Below are positions 1 through 10,118 of a DNA stretch of 64,000 nt, piece by piece (within the stretch, counting starts at the first letter, position 1; each line of letters begins with the position of its first letter). The notes below the pieces were generated by a model that ran no database searches, had not been told where the DNA came from, and saw only the letters and a program-made list of their open reading frames with translations. Source of the DNA: Pseudomonadota bacterium (GTDB lineage: Bacteria > Pseudomonadota > Gammaproteobacteria > Xanthomonadales > SZUA-38). The translations under genes and the position numbers were made by a program. Where the stretch lies: positions 61,262-125,261 of the forward strand of contig JBCCCR010000007.1 in assembly GCA_039033415.1 (NCBI GenBank), written 5' to 3'.

Positions 1-1002
1 GTGCTCGGCAGTGTTCTGTCGATTACCACACAAGGCAATGAGCCGCTCATCGCAACCTATGGTTATGCCGATATCGAGAAACGAGAAAGAGCCTCCGCAG
101 ATCGTCTCTACCAGGTCGGCAGCCAGACGAAGATGTTCACTGCCGCGGCGCTACTGATACTGCGAAATCGCGGTAAGTTGAAGCTCGACGACGCCGTGTC
201 TGATTACGTTGCCGGCGCGCCGCGAGCTGGAGAACTCACTATCCGCCAGCTGCTGCAGCATACCGGGGGGATCGGTGACAGCATCGTCTACTTCGATCCC
301 CCCAAAGGGACGCGGCCGGACTTCGAAGTCAGTTTTGAGAACCATCTGTTCCTTGGGCGCGTTGCCGGAGAGCAGTTCCCACCCGGAGAGCGATGGGAAT
401 ACAACAATCTCGGCTTTGTCATTCTGGGCAAAGTCATCGAAGCCGCATCCGGGCAATCACTTTCTCAATTCGTTAGACGTTCCATCCTCGAGCCTCTTGA
501 GATGAACGATACGTACCTTGGCAGCATGGAACCCTATCCGGAGAGCCGCATGGCGCGCGGATATTTTAAGGATAAGAAGTCTGGATTGGCGGTCGACACA
601 ACGCTGCCCAACTTGACCTGGGCGTCGTCAGCGGGAGACATGGTGTCCAGTGCGGGGGATTTGCGGAAGTGGGCCCAGGCGCTGCTCAGCGACAGCAACC
701 CGATCGGCGTCGGTCTCGAAGACTTTACCGCAGACGCTATTGCCTTAACGGAAACCGGCAATCTTGTGGGCTACGGCCTTGGATTCATGAAACGAGAGAT
801 TCAGGGTCGATCGCTGTGGGGGCACGGCGGGTTCATACACGGTTACGTGACGCTGACGCTAATCGATCCATCGTCTGGAACGATTGTTCAGCTATTGACC
901 AACAGACACGATGAATCCGATGGAATTATTGCGGCCGTGGAAGACGTAGTGGCCCATGCGCTTGATCAGGTACCGGTTGCATCGGCGGACACACGGCGTT
1001 AG
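1..1002 (+). CDS. Serine hydrolase, beta-lactamase / DD-peptidase family (5' end cut by window edge)
   Basis: ORF is open at position 1. It carries SxxK (SQTK), YxN (EYNN) and HGG (WGHGGF) motifs in the order typical of class C beta-lactamase-fold enzymes. No signal peptide is visible, so the N-terminus is probably missing. Confidence 0.8.
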   Translation: MLGSVLSITTQGNEPLIATYGYADIEKRERASADRLYQVGSQTKMFTAAALLILRNRGKLKLDDAVSDYVAGAPRAGELTIRQLLQHTGGIGDSIVYFDPPKGTRPDFEVSFENHLFLGRVAGEQFPPGERWEYNNLGFVILGKVIEAASGQSLSQFVRRSILEPLEMNDTYLGSMEPYPESRMARGYFKDKKSGLAVDTTLPNLTWASSAGDMVSSAGDLRKWAQALLSDSNPIGVGLEDFTADAIALTETGNLVGYGLGFMKREIQGRSLWGHGGFIHGYVTLTLIDPSSGTIVQLLTNRHDESDGIIAAVEDVVAHALDQVPVASADTRR

Positions 1003-1051
1003 CGTTGACTGACTATACGCCGTATAGCTGATGCGTAAGGGGGTAGAAATC

Positions 1052-2383
1052 ATGCCGGAAACCTCACCACGATCATGGCCGTTCGTAAAACTGAACAGCG
1101 CCGTTTTCGACCAGATGGAAATCGTTTCGGCCGAGGGCGCTTACCTAAAAACCGCCAATGGACAGCAGATTTTAGATGCCTCCGCCGGTGCGGCGGTTGG
1201 CAACATTGGCTGGGGCAGACAGGAAGTCGCCGAGGCCGCCGCCGAGTCGCTTTCCCGGCTGACTTACGCCCTACCCCCCTTTGCAACGCCTGAACGGCTG
1301 GAGTTAGCTGAGCGGCTCCGCACCGACTGGCTGCCTGGCGAAATGCGGGGCATCAGTTTTTTCGGCAGCGGTTCTGAGGCGAACGAGGCCGCCATGCGGC
1401 TGGCTCGCCAATATCAACTCGCCATGGGCCGGAAAAATCGCTGGAAGATCATCGGTCGCGACGTTTCTTACAACGGTACAACGCTCGCTACGCTCGCGGT
1501 TGGAGGGCATGACGCCAGGCGCAAGGGTTTCGGTCCGATGATGCGAGAGATGCCCCACGCGCCGGCTTGCTACTGCTTGCGGTGTCCACTGGGCAAAGCC
1601 TACCCCTCCTGCGAGGTGGCATGCGCCACTGCACTGGAAGCGATCATTGAGCGCGAGGGTGCGGATACCATCGCCGCCTTTCACGCTGAACCTATCACCG
1701 GAACAAGCGGCGGCGGACTGGTGCCTCCCGACGAATACCTGCCCACAATCGCCCGGATTTGCCGCGAGCACGACATCCTTCTGATCGCCGACGAAGTGCT
1801 GACGGGGTTTGGCCGCACCGGCAAACGTATGGCTGTTGACCACTGGAGCATCGAGCCTGACATCATTGTGCTTGGCAAGGGCATGAGTGGCGGCTACGCC
1901 GCAATGTCGGCGGTTGCAACGCAAGGGCATATTCCTGAGGCCATGCAGGCGGCCGGTATTGCGCCCATGTTCCATACCTATGGCGGGCACCCGAGCCAGT
2001 GTGCGGCCGCCAACAAAACGCTCGAAATCATGAAAACCGAAGGGCTTGTCGAACGTGTGGCGCAGCTTGGTCCTACGCTTGATTCAAAGCTCGAGGTATT
2101 GCAACAGAACCCGTTTGTAGCTGACGTACGGGGTCGCGGATTTCTCTACGGAATTGAGGTCGTGAAAGACAAAGAAACGCTCGAGATGTTTCCCATGCAT
2201 GCCGGCGTGACATTCAAGATCATGGAGGCAACCGTCAAACGAGGCGTGTTTACCTATTTCGGAGGAACCGGCACGGTGCGAGATGTGGTGTGTATCGCCC
2301 CTCCGTTTATCCTCGAGGAAAGTGATATGGACACCATTGTCACCGCCCTTAACGAAGCCATTACGGAAGCCTGTACGAGTTGA
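1052..2383 (+). CDS. Class III PLP-dependent aminotransferase (omega-aminotransferase family)
   Basis: Motifs GSGSEANEAA, ADEVLTGFGRTG and a PLP-lysine context LGKGMSGGY. I chose the ATG at 1052 because AAGGGGG lies 8 nt upstream; the track ORF begins at 1031. Confidence 0.85.
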   Translation: MPETSPRSWPFVKLNSAVFDQMEIVSAEGAYLKTANGQQILDASAGAAVGNIGWGRQEVAEAAAESLSRLTYALPPFATPERLELAERLRTDWLPGEMRGISFFGSGSEANEAAMRLARQYQLAMGRKNRWKIIGRDVSYNGTTLATLAVGGHDARRKGFGPMMREMPHAPACYCLRCPLGKAYPSCEVACATALEAIIEREGADTIAAFHAEPITGTSGGGLVPPDEYLPTIARICREHDILLIADEVLTGFGRTGKRMAVDHWSIEPDIIVLGKGMSGGYAAMSAVATQGHIPEAMQAAGIAPMFHTYGGHPSQCAAANKTLEIMKTEGLVERVAQLGPTLDSKLEVLQQNPFVADVRGRGFLYGIEVVKDKETLEMFPMHAGVTFKIMEATVKRGVFTYFGGTGTVRDVVCIAPPFILEESDMDTIVTALNEAITEACTS

Positions 2384-3705
2384 GTGCGCCGGGCTTAGCA
2401 AGATCGATTGGCCTGCCTTCGGCAACCTTTATCGTCATCGGATACGTTGTCGGCGCAACAATTTTCATTCTTCCGGGCAGTCTGGCGCCGGATGTCGGGC
2501 CCGCCGTCTTTATTGCTTATCTCCTCGCTGCACTGCCGGCCATCATCGCCGGCTTCGTCATGGCGCAGCTAGGATCTGCTTTACCCGTATGCGGTTCAAT
2601 CTTTGTGCTGCTTCGTGAGGCGCTATCGCCACACGCCGGGTTCGTTTACCAGTGGATCATGTTGTCCATGGGTGCGGTCGTGATTCCGCTGATTGCCTAT
2701 GGATTCGCCGATTTTCTCGACGTGTTCGTTCCCGGCTTAGATGCGAGAACTGTCGCGGCCGCGCTGGTCCTGCTGTTCATTGCGTTGAACTGGATGGGCT
2801 TAAAGGTTGCCGCAACCGCTCAGAACATCATGGTCGTTAGTTTTCTGGCCGCCCTGGCGGTCTTCGGCGTAGGTGGAATCATCGCGGGAGACCCTGGCAA
2901 CCTTCAGCCTTTATTTCCCAAAGGATACTCCGCGCTTACGATTGCGGCAGTGACCGCCTACTTTTCTTATGCCGGTGTTTTTGTCATTGCAGAAATCGCC
3001 GGGGAAGTGAGAGACCCAGGCCGCAACTTGCCTCGAGCGATTCTGTTGGCGTTTATCGTCATCATCTTTTTGTACGCCGTCGTTCCGCTGGCTCTCACGA
3101 TGCTGATTGACTGGCGAGAGATTCGCGGTGATCCGGTGGCGGTCGTCACCGCTTCAACGCTGTTTTTGCCGAAACCTCTGGTAATGGCAGTCGGCTTAGC
3201 AGCCCTGTTTGCGGCAGCAACTACGATCAACAGCGTGCTGATGGGCCTAAGCCGTGATCTTTTCCAAGGGGCGAATTATGGGCTTTTTTCCGCCAGGTTC
3301 GCCTCGGTCAATAAGAGGACTGGCACACCTGCCAACGCGGTTGTATTGGTTGGATTGCTGTCTTTGATCGGAGTAGCGATCGGTGGGGCCATCACGAGTT
3401 ATGCACAGCTTGCGCTCATTGGACTCATGGTCATACAAATCATGACGGGGATCGCCCTGATCAAACTTCCGACGGCACTACCCGACGCCTACAGGGGTTC
3501 CGCGTTCAGACTGTCCATCGGCTCGCTTAGGGTTATCGCCGCAGTTTATATCGCACTCTCTGCGTTTTTTCTGATTACGCTTGCTCGCGAGAAACCTACG
3601 TTACTGATCATTGGCCTCGCTTATTTACTCGCCGGCGCGGTCTATCAGCTTGTCCGCAGCACGCTCACTCGCGCGGACTCTCTGCCCAACAGAGACCCGC
3701 GCTGA
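2380..3705 (+). CDS. APC-superfamily amino acid permease
   Basis: 441 aa with about 12 hydrophobic helices and an N-terminal IVIGYVVGATIFILPG motif typical of APC transporters. The TTG start overlaps the upstream stop (TTGA). The start is uncertain. Confidence 0.8.
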   Translation: MSAPGLARSIGLPSATFIVIGYVVGATIFILPGSLAPDVGPAVFIAYLLAALPAIIAGFVMAQLGSALPVCGSIFVLLREALSPHAGFVYQWIMLSMGAVVIPLIAYGFADFLDVFVPGLDARTVAAALVLLFIALNWMGLKVAATAQNIMVVSFLAALAVFGVGGIIAGDPGNLQPLFPKGYSALTIAAVTAYFSYAGVFVIAEIAGEVRDPGRNLPRAILLAFIVIIFLYAVVPLALTMLIDWREIRGDPVAVVTASTLFLPKPLVMAVGLAALFAAATTINSVLMGLSRDLFQGANYGLFSARFASVNKRTGTPANAVVLVGLLSLIGVAIGGAITSYAQLALIGLMVIQIMTGIALIKLPTALPDAYRGSAFRLSIGSLRVIAAVYIALSAFFLITLAREKPTLLIIGLAYLLAGAVYQLVRSTLTRADSLPNRDPR

Positions 3706-3734
3706 GCGCGGAATTTTATTGGCCACGCTTGGTC

Positions 3735-3775
3735 GCAATAACGCCTCATGAGCCGCTCGCGGCAATAACGCCTCA
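3735..3775. repeat. Two direct copies of GCAATAACGCCTCA (3735-3748 and 3762-3775), function unknown
   Basis: Exact 14-nt direct repeat, 27 bp start-to-start, in the AT-richer intergenic region between the APC permease and the MarR gene. Confidence 0.35.
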
Positions 3776-3917
3776 GCGGCCATAAATATGTTGCATTTAC
3801 ATCTATCGGTACATTAGCCCGTTTTTGATCAAACCACGTGCGTTATCATTCATCCGGCGCGATACTCGTAACATCAAGATTTACCAGCCTGAAGTTACGG
3901 GCACAGGAGTTTCGTGA

Positions 3918-4457
3918 ATGGAAGAGCGTACCGGCGCGTCAAGCAAGGGGGTGCTGCCCCCTGCCGAAGCGGCAGAGCCCGCAGCATCCCTCAACCTCGA
4001 GAAACTCGTACCGTACCGCTTGACCGTTCTGTCAAATTCGCTTGGGGCTAGCGCGATGCGCCTCTATGGCGGCGCGTTTGGACTCCGTAGCGTCACCGAG
4101 TGGCCCATTATCGCCGCTCTCGGTCATCAGGCTCCGCTGACGGCTATCGATATCGCTAAGTCTTCCATGTTCGAGAAAACCCGAGTGGCGCGCGCAGTAC
4201 AGCGATTGATATCGGTTAACCTGGTGGTGGCAAAAGAAGATCCTTCCGACGCGAGAAAATCACTCCTTTGGCTAACGGAAAGTGGCGCTCGCCTTCACGA
4301 CGAGATTGTTCCATATGCGATGCTTCGCAATGAGATCAGCACGGCGACGCTGGACGACGCAGAGCGCCGTCAGCTGGACCACCTGCTTGAGAAGCTAAAC
4401 AAGCAGCTGGCTGCCGTTGAAGGCGTCTCACGGGGCAGCGCAGATGATCGTACGTAG
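3918..4457 (+). CDS. MarR-family transcriptional regulator
   Basis: 179 aa with a winged-helix core (ITAIDIAKSSMFEKTRVARAVQRLISVNLV...DARKSLLWLTESG). AGGAG lies 9 nt upstream of the ATG. Confidence 0.8.
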   Translation: MEERTGASSKGVLPPAEAAEPAASLNLEKLVPYRLTVLSNSLGASAMRLYGGAFGLRSVTEWPIIAALGHQAPLTAIDIAKSSMFEKTRVARAVQRLISVNLVVAKEDPSDARKSLLWLTESGARLHDEIVPYAMLRNEISTATLDDAERRQLDHLLEKLNKQLAAVEGVSRGSADDRT

Positions 4458-4482
4458 CTCATCTCGGGCAACCGGGTCGGCA

Positions 4483-5949
4483 TCATTGCTCGTGAAGCGA
4501 TAAGGCAGGTCGATCGTTCATCGGCCATAGTTCGCGATCCTGCTTGACATAAGGCACGCGACGGAAATCCTGCGTCAGAGCGCCAGGGCCATCGGCGTAA
4601 AGGATCTCGCTGGCGATGGGTGCAAACCCGCTGTAAAAGTGCTGACTGGATTTCACCACAACCACGTCCTGATCAGTCGGATTGATTCCGACGTTGGTGA
4701 AGACCTCGACGCTGAACGCCTGACATCGCAGACTTGCCAGTACAACCTTGACGTTACCTACCTCGATCGCGACACAGTCGCCAAGCCGCTGCGACGCTTC
4801 TCCAGCCTGCTCTGCGTACACGCACAGACCGCAAACTTTCGCCTTGACGTCCAGCGGGTGTCCGGACGTTGGACCCATTTTGCCGCCAACGCGCAGCTGC
4901 AGAGTTGCCCCCAACCCTGCAGCCTTGCAGAGCTGGACCGCAACAGGGTCCCAGAGCGGACCGAGGCAAACCCGGATCGGTTCGCGCCCAAGGAGCTCTC
5001 GAAGTGCATAGGTCGAATCCCCGGGCGCTCCTCCCCCAGGGTTATCCGACGTATCCGCAATCACGATTGGCCCGGCGGCTGAGAATTGCAGTCGCCTGAG
5101 ACAGGCGTCGAGACTTAGGAGTTTTGCGGACGTCTCGCCGCGCATCGCAAACAGTCGGCGCCCCAGCGTTTTTGCAAGCGCTTCTCCCGTGCTACGAGCG
5201 TCGTTGGTGATGACGAGTATGCGGGTTCCGATATCCCGAACATCACCCCAGGGGAAGCCATGCACGATTGAGACCGAAAGAACGTTGTCCTTGCCTTCGA
5301 GGGCTTTCACCTCTTCAACAAATTGCTTCATCGGTCCATCGGTCGTGTGGTAAACGCCGATCATTTGGCAGTCATAGACAGCGCTGCAGGTTTTGATCTC
5401 GCCGCTGGCAATACCCTCCAGGATGTCAAACAGCTCTTCACCGCGTTCCAGGAAATCGGTGTGGGGATACTCCTTGAAAGTGATCACCGCATCTGTTGCG
5501 TCGACCATTTGCGCGGTCAAATGACAATGGGGGTCCAGCTCCAGCCCCACGGCTACGTTGTCGCCAACCATGACTCGGATGCGGCGCATCATATCGCCCT
5601 CACAATCGTCATAGCCATCGGCCACCATGGCCCCATGCATGCTCATGGCGACGACATCAACGGGAAGCGCATCTTCAAGCTGCCCAAGGATTTCGTCCCG
5701 CAACGCCTCGTAGGTCGCCCTGGTTGTAACGCCTGCCGGAAGTGCAAATGCACAGGTACCTTCGACGACCGCCCAGTCTCGTGCTGAAGCCCTCTGCCGC
5801 GCAATCCATGTCGGCGCAGCAAACGAGAGTGGGTGGCTGGGGTGTTCACCTGGTCGATACAGGCAGAATTCTTCGAAACTGCTCAGTGACGTCGGAATTG
5901 GCGAGAACGTATTGGTCTCGGTTCCCAGTGCTGCAACAAACACCTTCAT
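4483..5949 (-). CDS. M81-family metallopeptidase (MlrC-like, microcystinase C family)
   Basis: 488 aa. The N-terminus MKVFVAALGTETNTFSP and the overall length match the MlrC N- and C-terminal domain architecture. Confidence 0.8.
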   Translation of the reverse strand: MKVFVAALGTETNTFSPIPTSLSSFEEFCLYRPGEHPSHPLSFAAPTWIARQRASARDWAVVEGTCAFALPAGVTTRATYEALRDEILGQLEDALPVDVVAMSMHGAMVADGYDDCEGDMMRRIRVMVGDNVAVGLELDPHCHLTAQMVDATDAVITFKEYPHTDFLERGEELFDILEGIASGEIKTCSAVYDCQMIGVYHTTDGPMKQFVEEVKALEGKDNVLSVSIVHGFPWGDVRDIGTRILVITNDARSTGEALAKTLGRRLFAMRGETSAKLLSLDACLRRLQFSAAGPIVIADTSDNPGGGAPGDSTYALRELLGREPIRVCLGPLWDPVAVQLCKAAGLGATLQLRVGGKMGPTSGHPLDVKAKVCGLCVYAEQAGEASQRLGDCVAIEVGNVKVVLASLRCQAFSVEVFTNVGINPTDQDVVVVKSSQHFYSGFAPIASEILYADGPGALTQDFRRVPYVKQDRELWPMNDRPALSLHEQ

Positions 5950-6017
5950 TCGTGTGGAGCCTCCAGAAAAGCGGCTCTCAGGATCAAGTCAAATACCACG
6001 AGCTATACTCCCATTAG

Positions 6018-7352
6018 TTGCGTATCCTACCATTTTGCGAATCTGGCATATCAGGGGAGTCACCTGTTTTGTTGGTCGGCCTGATCGTCGTCTTTATTGC
6101 CCTAGCAATTTTCGCCGGCACGGCACTCGCCTATATCACCGGTGCCGCCGCTGTGCTTGCTTACTTCGCGCTAGATCTAGAGCGATACCTCGCACTCGCA
6201 CCGCAACTGGTATTCAGCCAATTGGACGTCTTCGCACTGATGGCAATGCCGCTCTTCATGCTTGTTGGGGAGATCATGAATCGCGGGCGAATTACACACG
6301 TGCTGGTCGACTTTGCGATGTCGCTGATCGGCTGGTCCAAGGGTGGACTGGCGCACGTCAACATCCTCACCTCCGTATTCTTTGCGGGCATTTCGGGTTC
6401 GGCGATGGCAGACGCAGCCGCATTGAGCGGAACATTAGTGCCGGCTATGGAGGAAAAGGGATACCGGAAAACCTATGCGGGCGCTATTACCGCCGCGTCG
6501 TCGATCATTGGCCCAATCATTCCGCCCAGCATCATTCTCATTTTCTATGGTGCAATCATGGGCGTAGACATCGCGGCACTTTTTGCCGCAGGTATCGTGC
6601 CCGGTCTGTTGCTTGCGGGGATTCTCATGCTGGCCAATGGCTTTTTTGCGAGACGCTACGATCATCCTGGCGGCGGACCGCAAGATATCCAACCGTTTCT
6701 TTCCAGCCTTCAGCGCGCAACGCCAGCACTCATGCTTCCCCTAATTATCGTTGCGGGAATCGTTCTTGGCGTTATGACACCAACCGAAGCTGCCGCCGTG
6801 GCCGTGGCTGCTGCGGTTGGCGTCGGACTGCTTTATCGGAGTCTCTCCATGGAGGCTCTGCGTGAGTGTGTGAAACGCACGGTGGTCATAACCGGCTCAA
6901 TCTTTATGCTCTTCGTTGCAGCAGCTCTGGTCATCTATCTCGCAGCACTTACCAACACGCCCCAGGCAATTGCGGAATGGGTCGTTGCATCGGGCGTGTC
7001 CGGCACCGCTTACCTGCTGCTCATGATGGTCGTGTTTCTGGTGCTGGGGATGGTGCTGGACACCCTACTCGGTCTGGCACTTGTTGCGCCGGTGCTGGTC
7101 CCTGTCGCCATCGCCCAGGGCGCAGACCCGATACACGTGGGAATTGTCGTTTGCCTGACTCTTGCCATGGGGCTGGTCAGCCCTCCGCTTGGCGGCTCTG
7201 TACTGGTCGTCTCAGCGGTGACTGGCGAGAAGTACTGGAAACTCTTCGGTGGCGTGCTGCCATTCTTAGCGTTTGAGGTCTTCGTATTGTTGGCTGTGGT
7301 GCTGCTGCCTGAACTCACCCTGTTTCTGCCCCGGCTATTGGGGCTGCTCTAG
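6018..7352 (+). CDS. dctM: TRAP transporter large permease subunit (DctM family)
   Basis: 444 aa polytopic membrane protein with a DctM-like pattern (MPLFMLVGEIMNRG, FFAGISGSAMADAAA). TTG start at 6018; an in-frame TTG near 6069 is an alternative. Confidence 0.85.
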   Translation: MRILPFCESGISGESPVLLVGLIVVFIALAIFAGTALAYITGAAAVLAYFALDLERYLALAPQLVFSQLDVFALMAMPLFMLVGEIMNRGRITHVLVDFAMSLIGWSKGGLAHVNILTSVFFAGISGSAMADAAALSGTLVPAMEEKGYRKTYAGAITAASSIIGPIIPPSIILIFYGAIMGVDIAALFAAGIVPGLLLAGILMLANGFFARRYDHPGGGPQDIQPFLSSLQRATPALMLPLIIVAGIVLGVMTPTEAAAVAVAAAVGVGLLYRSLSMEALRECVKRTVVITGSIFMLFVAAALVIYLAALTNTPQAIAEWVVASGVSGTAYLLLMMVVFLVLGMVLDTLLGLALVAPVLVPVAIAQGADPIHVGIVVCLTLAMGLVSPPLGGSVLVVSAVTGEKYWKLFGGVLPFLAFEVFVLLAVVLLPELTLFLPRLLGLL

Positions 7353-7356
7353 CTAG

Positions 7357-8358
7357 ATGACTAAACGAAAACCACCCATTTCAAATTTGGTACTAATTGC
7401 TCTGTACCTGACGTTGGCGCCGGCACTTAGTAGCGCCCAGGTAAAGATCGCCCTCTCCAGCACCGCCGACAGCCAGAGATCCGGCCCCTTCGTCTGGGCG
7501 CAGGCTTTTGCCAGCGAACTCAATCGCGCCGGTATGAAAACGACGATCTATCCGAGCAGCACGCTGGGCAATGAGATCGTTCGCACCGAGCAAATTCTGT
7601 TGGGTTTGCTGGAGGTCAACGTCACGGGCAATCACGAAGTCGAAATGTTTTCTGAACTGTTCGCGAGCCTGGAACTTCCGTTTCTTTTTGAGTCTGTGGA
7701 CGAAATCAATGCACTGGTCGATCAAACGGATTTTCTGGATCAAGTCAATGCGTCAGCACTGGACCTTGGAATGCGCGTTGTCGACTTCGCCAGTCTGGGC
7801 GGTATGTCCGGACTCTTCACAACCCATTCTGCCGTCAGGCGTTTGGAAGACGTGGCCCCGCTGCGACTCCGTGCGATGAGTGCTCAGCAGCTTGAGTACC
7901 TGCAAAACTGGGGCAGCGCCGGAACCCAGGTTGCCTGGGAGGAGGTACCGCAAGCCCTGCAGACCGGCATCGCGCATGGCTACCTGAATCCCCCGATCGT
8001 TGCTGTTCAGTTCGGCCATGGTGGTCAGCTCAACTACTACACCGACCTTCGGTTTCAGCCTTCTATGCGCACCGTCGTGGTCTCAGAAAAGTGGTACCAA
8101 GGCCTGGATCCGGCGCAGCAGCAAGTCGTCGAGCGTGCAATCCAGCATGCAAGAGCCGCCATGCGTGATTGGAATAAGACGACGGAAGCCACCGAGTTTC
8201 AGATGCTTCGTGATATCGGCATTGAGATCATCGAGCTCTCGCCCGAGGAAAGAGAACGGTTCAAACGACGGGTAATGCCCCTGTACAGCACGATGGCGTC
8301 TGAGCATGTTGTCGCGAAGATGCGGGAACTACTCAGCAAAGCAAAGGCGAGCCGGTGA
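7357..8358 (+). CDS. dctP: TRAP transporter substrate-binding protein (DctP family)
   Basis: 333 aa with a Sec signal peptide (LTLAPALSSAQV) and a DctP-like fold signature. Lies 4 nt after dctM. Confidence 0.85.
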   Translation: MTKRKPPISNLVLIALYLTLAPALSSAQVKIALSSTADSQRSGPFVWAQAFASELNRAGMKTTIYPSSTLGNEIVRTEQILLGLLEVNVTGNHEVEMFSELFASLELPFLFESVDEINALVDQTDFLDQVNASALDLGMRVVDFASLGGMSGLFTTHSAVRRLEDVAPLRLRAMSAQQLEYLQNWGSAGTQVAWEEVPQALQTGIAHGYLNPPIVAVQFGHGGQLNYYTDLRFQPSMRTVVVSEKWYQGLDPAQQQVVERAIQHARAAMRDWNKTTEATEFQMLRDIGIEIIELSPEERERFKRRVMPLYSTMASEHVVAKMRELLSKAKASR

Positions 8359-8906
8359 AACAATTCGCTATCCACGTGGCGAAGCTTCTGCGTAGCGCGA
8401 GCGCGTTGGTCAATCAAGCCTGCTGGTGGGTGGGTGGCCTATGCTTTGTCGCCATGCTCCTGAGCGTTGGCCTTCAGGTAATTGGGCGGTACCTGGTCTT
8501 CGCGGCGCCGCCTTGGACCGAAGAACTGGCAAGATATTGTATGGTCTGGGGAGGACTGCTTGGCGCAACCGTCGCGTTTTACCGGGAGGAAGATCCCGTC
8601 CTTGTGACGCGCCCAGAACTCTCGTCCAAAACACTGAGCGCGCTTTTGTCACTGGTGCGCGATGCGGCCGTGATCCTATTCCTGCTCCCCGTACTCGTTT
8701 TCAGCCCGACGATTCTGGCGCACCACATGATGCGGCTAACCGAAAGCTTGGGTATCACCAGCGGATACGTGTTTGCGATCGTGCCGATATTTTCGGCCGT
8801 CATACTGTTTCATCTGCTCGCTCGAATATCGGCAAGAGCCCTGGACGGAGTGGGGATGAGACGCAAAGCGACGGTTGAGGGTGGGTCCTCTGGCAGCAAT
8901 CCTTAG
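8355..8906 (+). CDS. dctQ: TRAP transporter small permease subunit (DctQ family)
   Basis: 183 aa with four hydrophobic helices and a WTEELARYCMVW motif typical of DctQ. The GTG start overlaps the dctP stop (GTGA). Confidence 0.75.
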   Translation: MKQFAIHVAKLLRSASALVNQACWWVGGLCFVAMLLSVGLQVIGRYLVFAAPPWTEELARYCMVWGGLLGATVAFYREEDPVLVTRPELSSKTLSALLSLVRDAAVILFLLPVLVFSPTILAHHMMRLTESLGITSGYVFAIVPIFSAVILFHLLARISARALDGVGMRRKATVEGGSSGSNP

Positions 8907-8948
8907 GTTATTCACTAGCCGTCTTCAGCAATCGCATCTGAGGCCCTG

Positions 8949-9926
8949 ATGAAGATTCATACAGAAATCGTTCGATTCCCATTGCAAAAGCCGTTTGCTA
9001 TCACTGGTCGCGAATTCAGGAGCACGGAAACCGTAAGGGTGACCTTGGCAAAGGATGGCGTTGTCGGGCGCGGCGAGGCCGTGGGCTCCTACTATCTCGA
9101 CGAAACACCTGAGACCATGACCCAACAGCTGGAGATAGCCGCCGAAGAAATCGACGGGGGACTGGCAGAATCCCGGGTGCAGACACTTTTGCCACCCGGT
9201 GGAGCCCGCAACGCACTTGACTGTGCGCTTTGGGATTATCAGGCCAAAGCCGCCGGTAAGCGGGTTTGGGAGCTGCTGGCTATTACCCCACGGGCACTTA
9301 GGACGGTATTTACGCTGGGGATAGACAGTGTCGAAACCATGGCCCAGCAGGCTGAGGCGGCACAAGTTTTCTCGCACCTAAAAATCAAACTCAATTCAGA
9401 TCGCCCAATCGAACGACTGGAAATCATTCGCGCGGCCCGGCCGGATGCCAGCCTCATCGTAGACGTCAATCAAGGGTGGACCTTTGAGGAACTCAAGGAA
9501 TACGCACCACACTGTGCCCGCCTTGGTGTGGCTATGATCGAGCAGCCACTGCCGCGAGGCAAAGACCAGGAGCTGGAAGACTTTCGGTCACCGGTCCGGC
9601 TCGGCGCAGATGAATCTTGCCTGCACCTTGGCGAGTTTTCTGAGGCAGCGCAGCGCTATCAGGTTCTGAACATCAAGCTCGACAAGTGCGGTGGTCTGTC
9701 CGAAGGTCTGGCTCTTGTCGAAGCGGCGAAACGGTCTGCCATGCAGGTGATGGTCGGCAACATGATGGGCAGTTCCCTGTCAATGGCGCCAAGTTTCATC
9801 GTTGGTTTACTGAGCGACTTTGTCGACATCGATGGCCCCCTTCTGCTCGCCGACGATATTGATCATGGCCTCACCTACGGCAAGGGTGGCTTGGTACAAC
9901 CACCCGCCGCAGCACTCTGGGGCTGA
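8949..9926 (+). CDS. Dipeptide epimerase (L-Ala-D/L-Glu epimerase-like), enolase superfamily
   Basis: KxK (LKIKLN), DVNQGW, IEQP, ADES and NIKLDKCGG motifs in the order of the MLE-subgroup catalytic and metal residues. Confidence 0.8.
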   Translation: MKIHTEIVRFPLQKPFAITGREFRSTETVRVTLAKDGVVGRGEAVGSYYLDETPETMTQQLEIAAEEIDGGLAESRVQTLLPPGGARNALDCALWDYQAKAAGKRVWELLAITPRALRTVFTLGIDSVETMAQQAEAAQVFSHLKIKLNSDRPIERLEIIRAARPDASLIVDVNQGWTFEELKEYAPHCARLGVAMIEQPLPRGKDQELEDFRSPVRLGADESCLHLGEFSEAAQRYQVLNIKLDKCGGLSEGLALVEAAKRSAMQVMVGNMMGSSLSMAPSFIVGLLSDFVDIDGPLLLADDIDHGLTYGKGGLVQPPAAALWG

Positions 9927-10118
9927 CAGGCTGTTTTCATTCCATCGGATCAAATTCGCGGAGAAGAAAGGGGATTCTCAAACGTCGTGTTTTGGTGCTG
10001 TTTGGACCGCGCGCCAACTCGCCGCGCTCTCTGGGATGAACGCTTACACGAAGGCGACATCGGCTTTCCGAAGCGACCTGGAACTCGATCTGCCCGTTTA
10101 CCGAATCCGATCGTACCT

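Noticed and set aside
5912-6865. 317-aa ORF overlapping the start of dctM in another frame
   Set aside because: Its product is Arg/Cys/His-rich and non-protein-like. The dctM frame gives a coherent polytopic permease.
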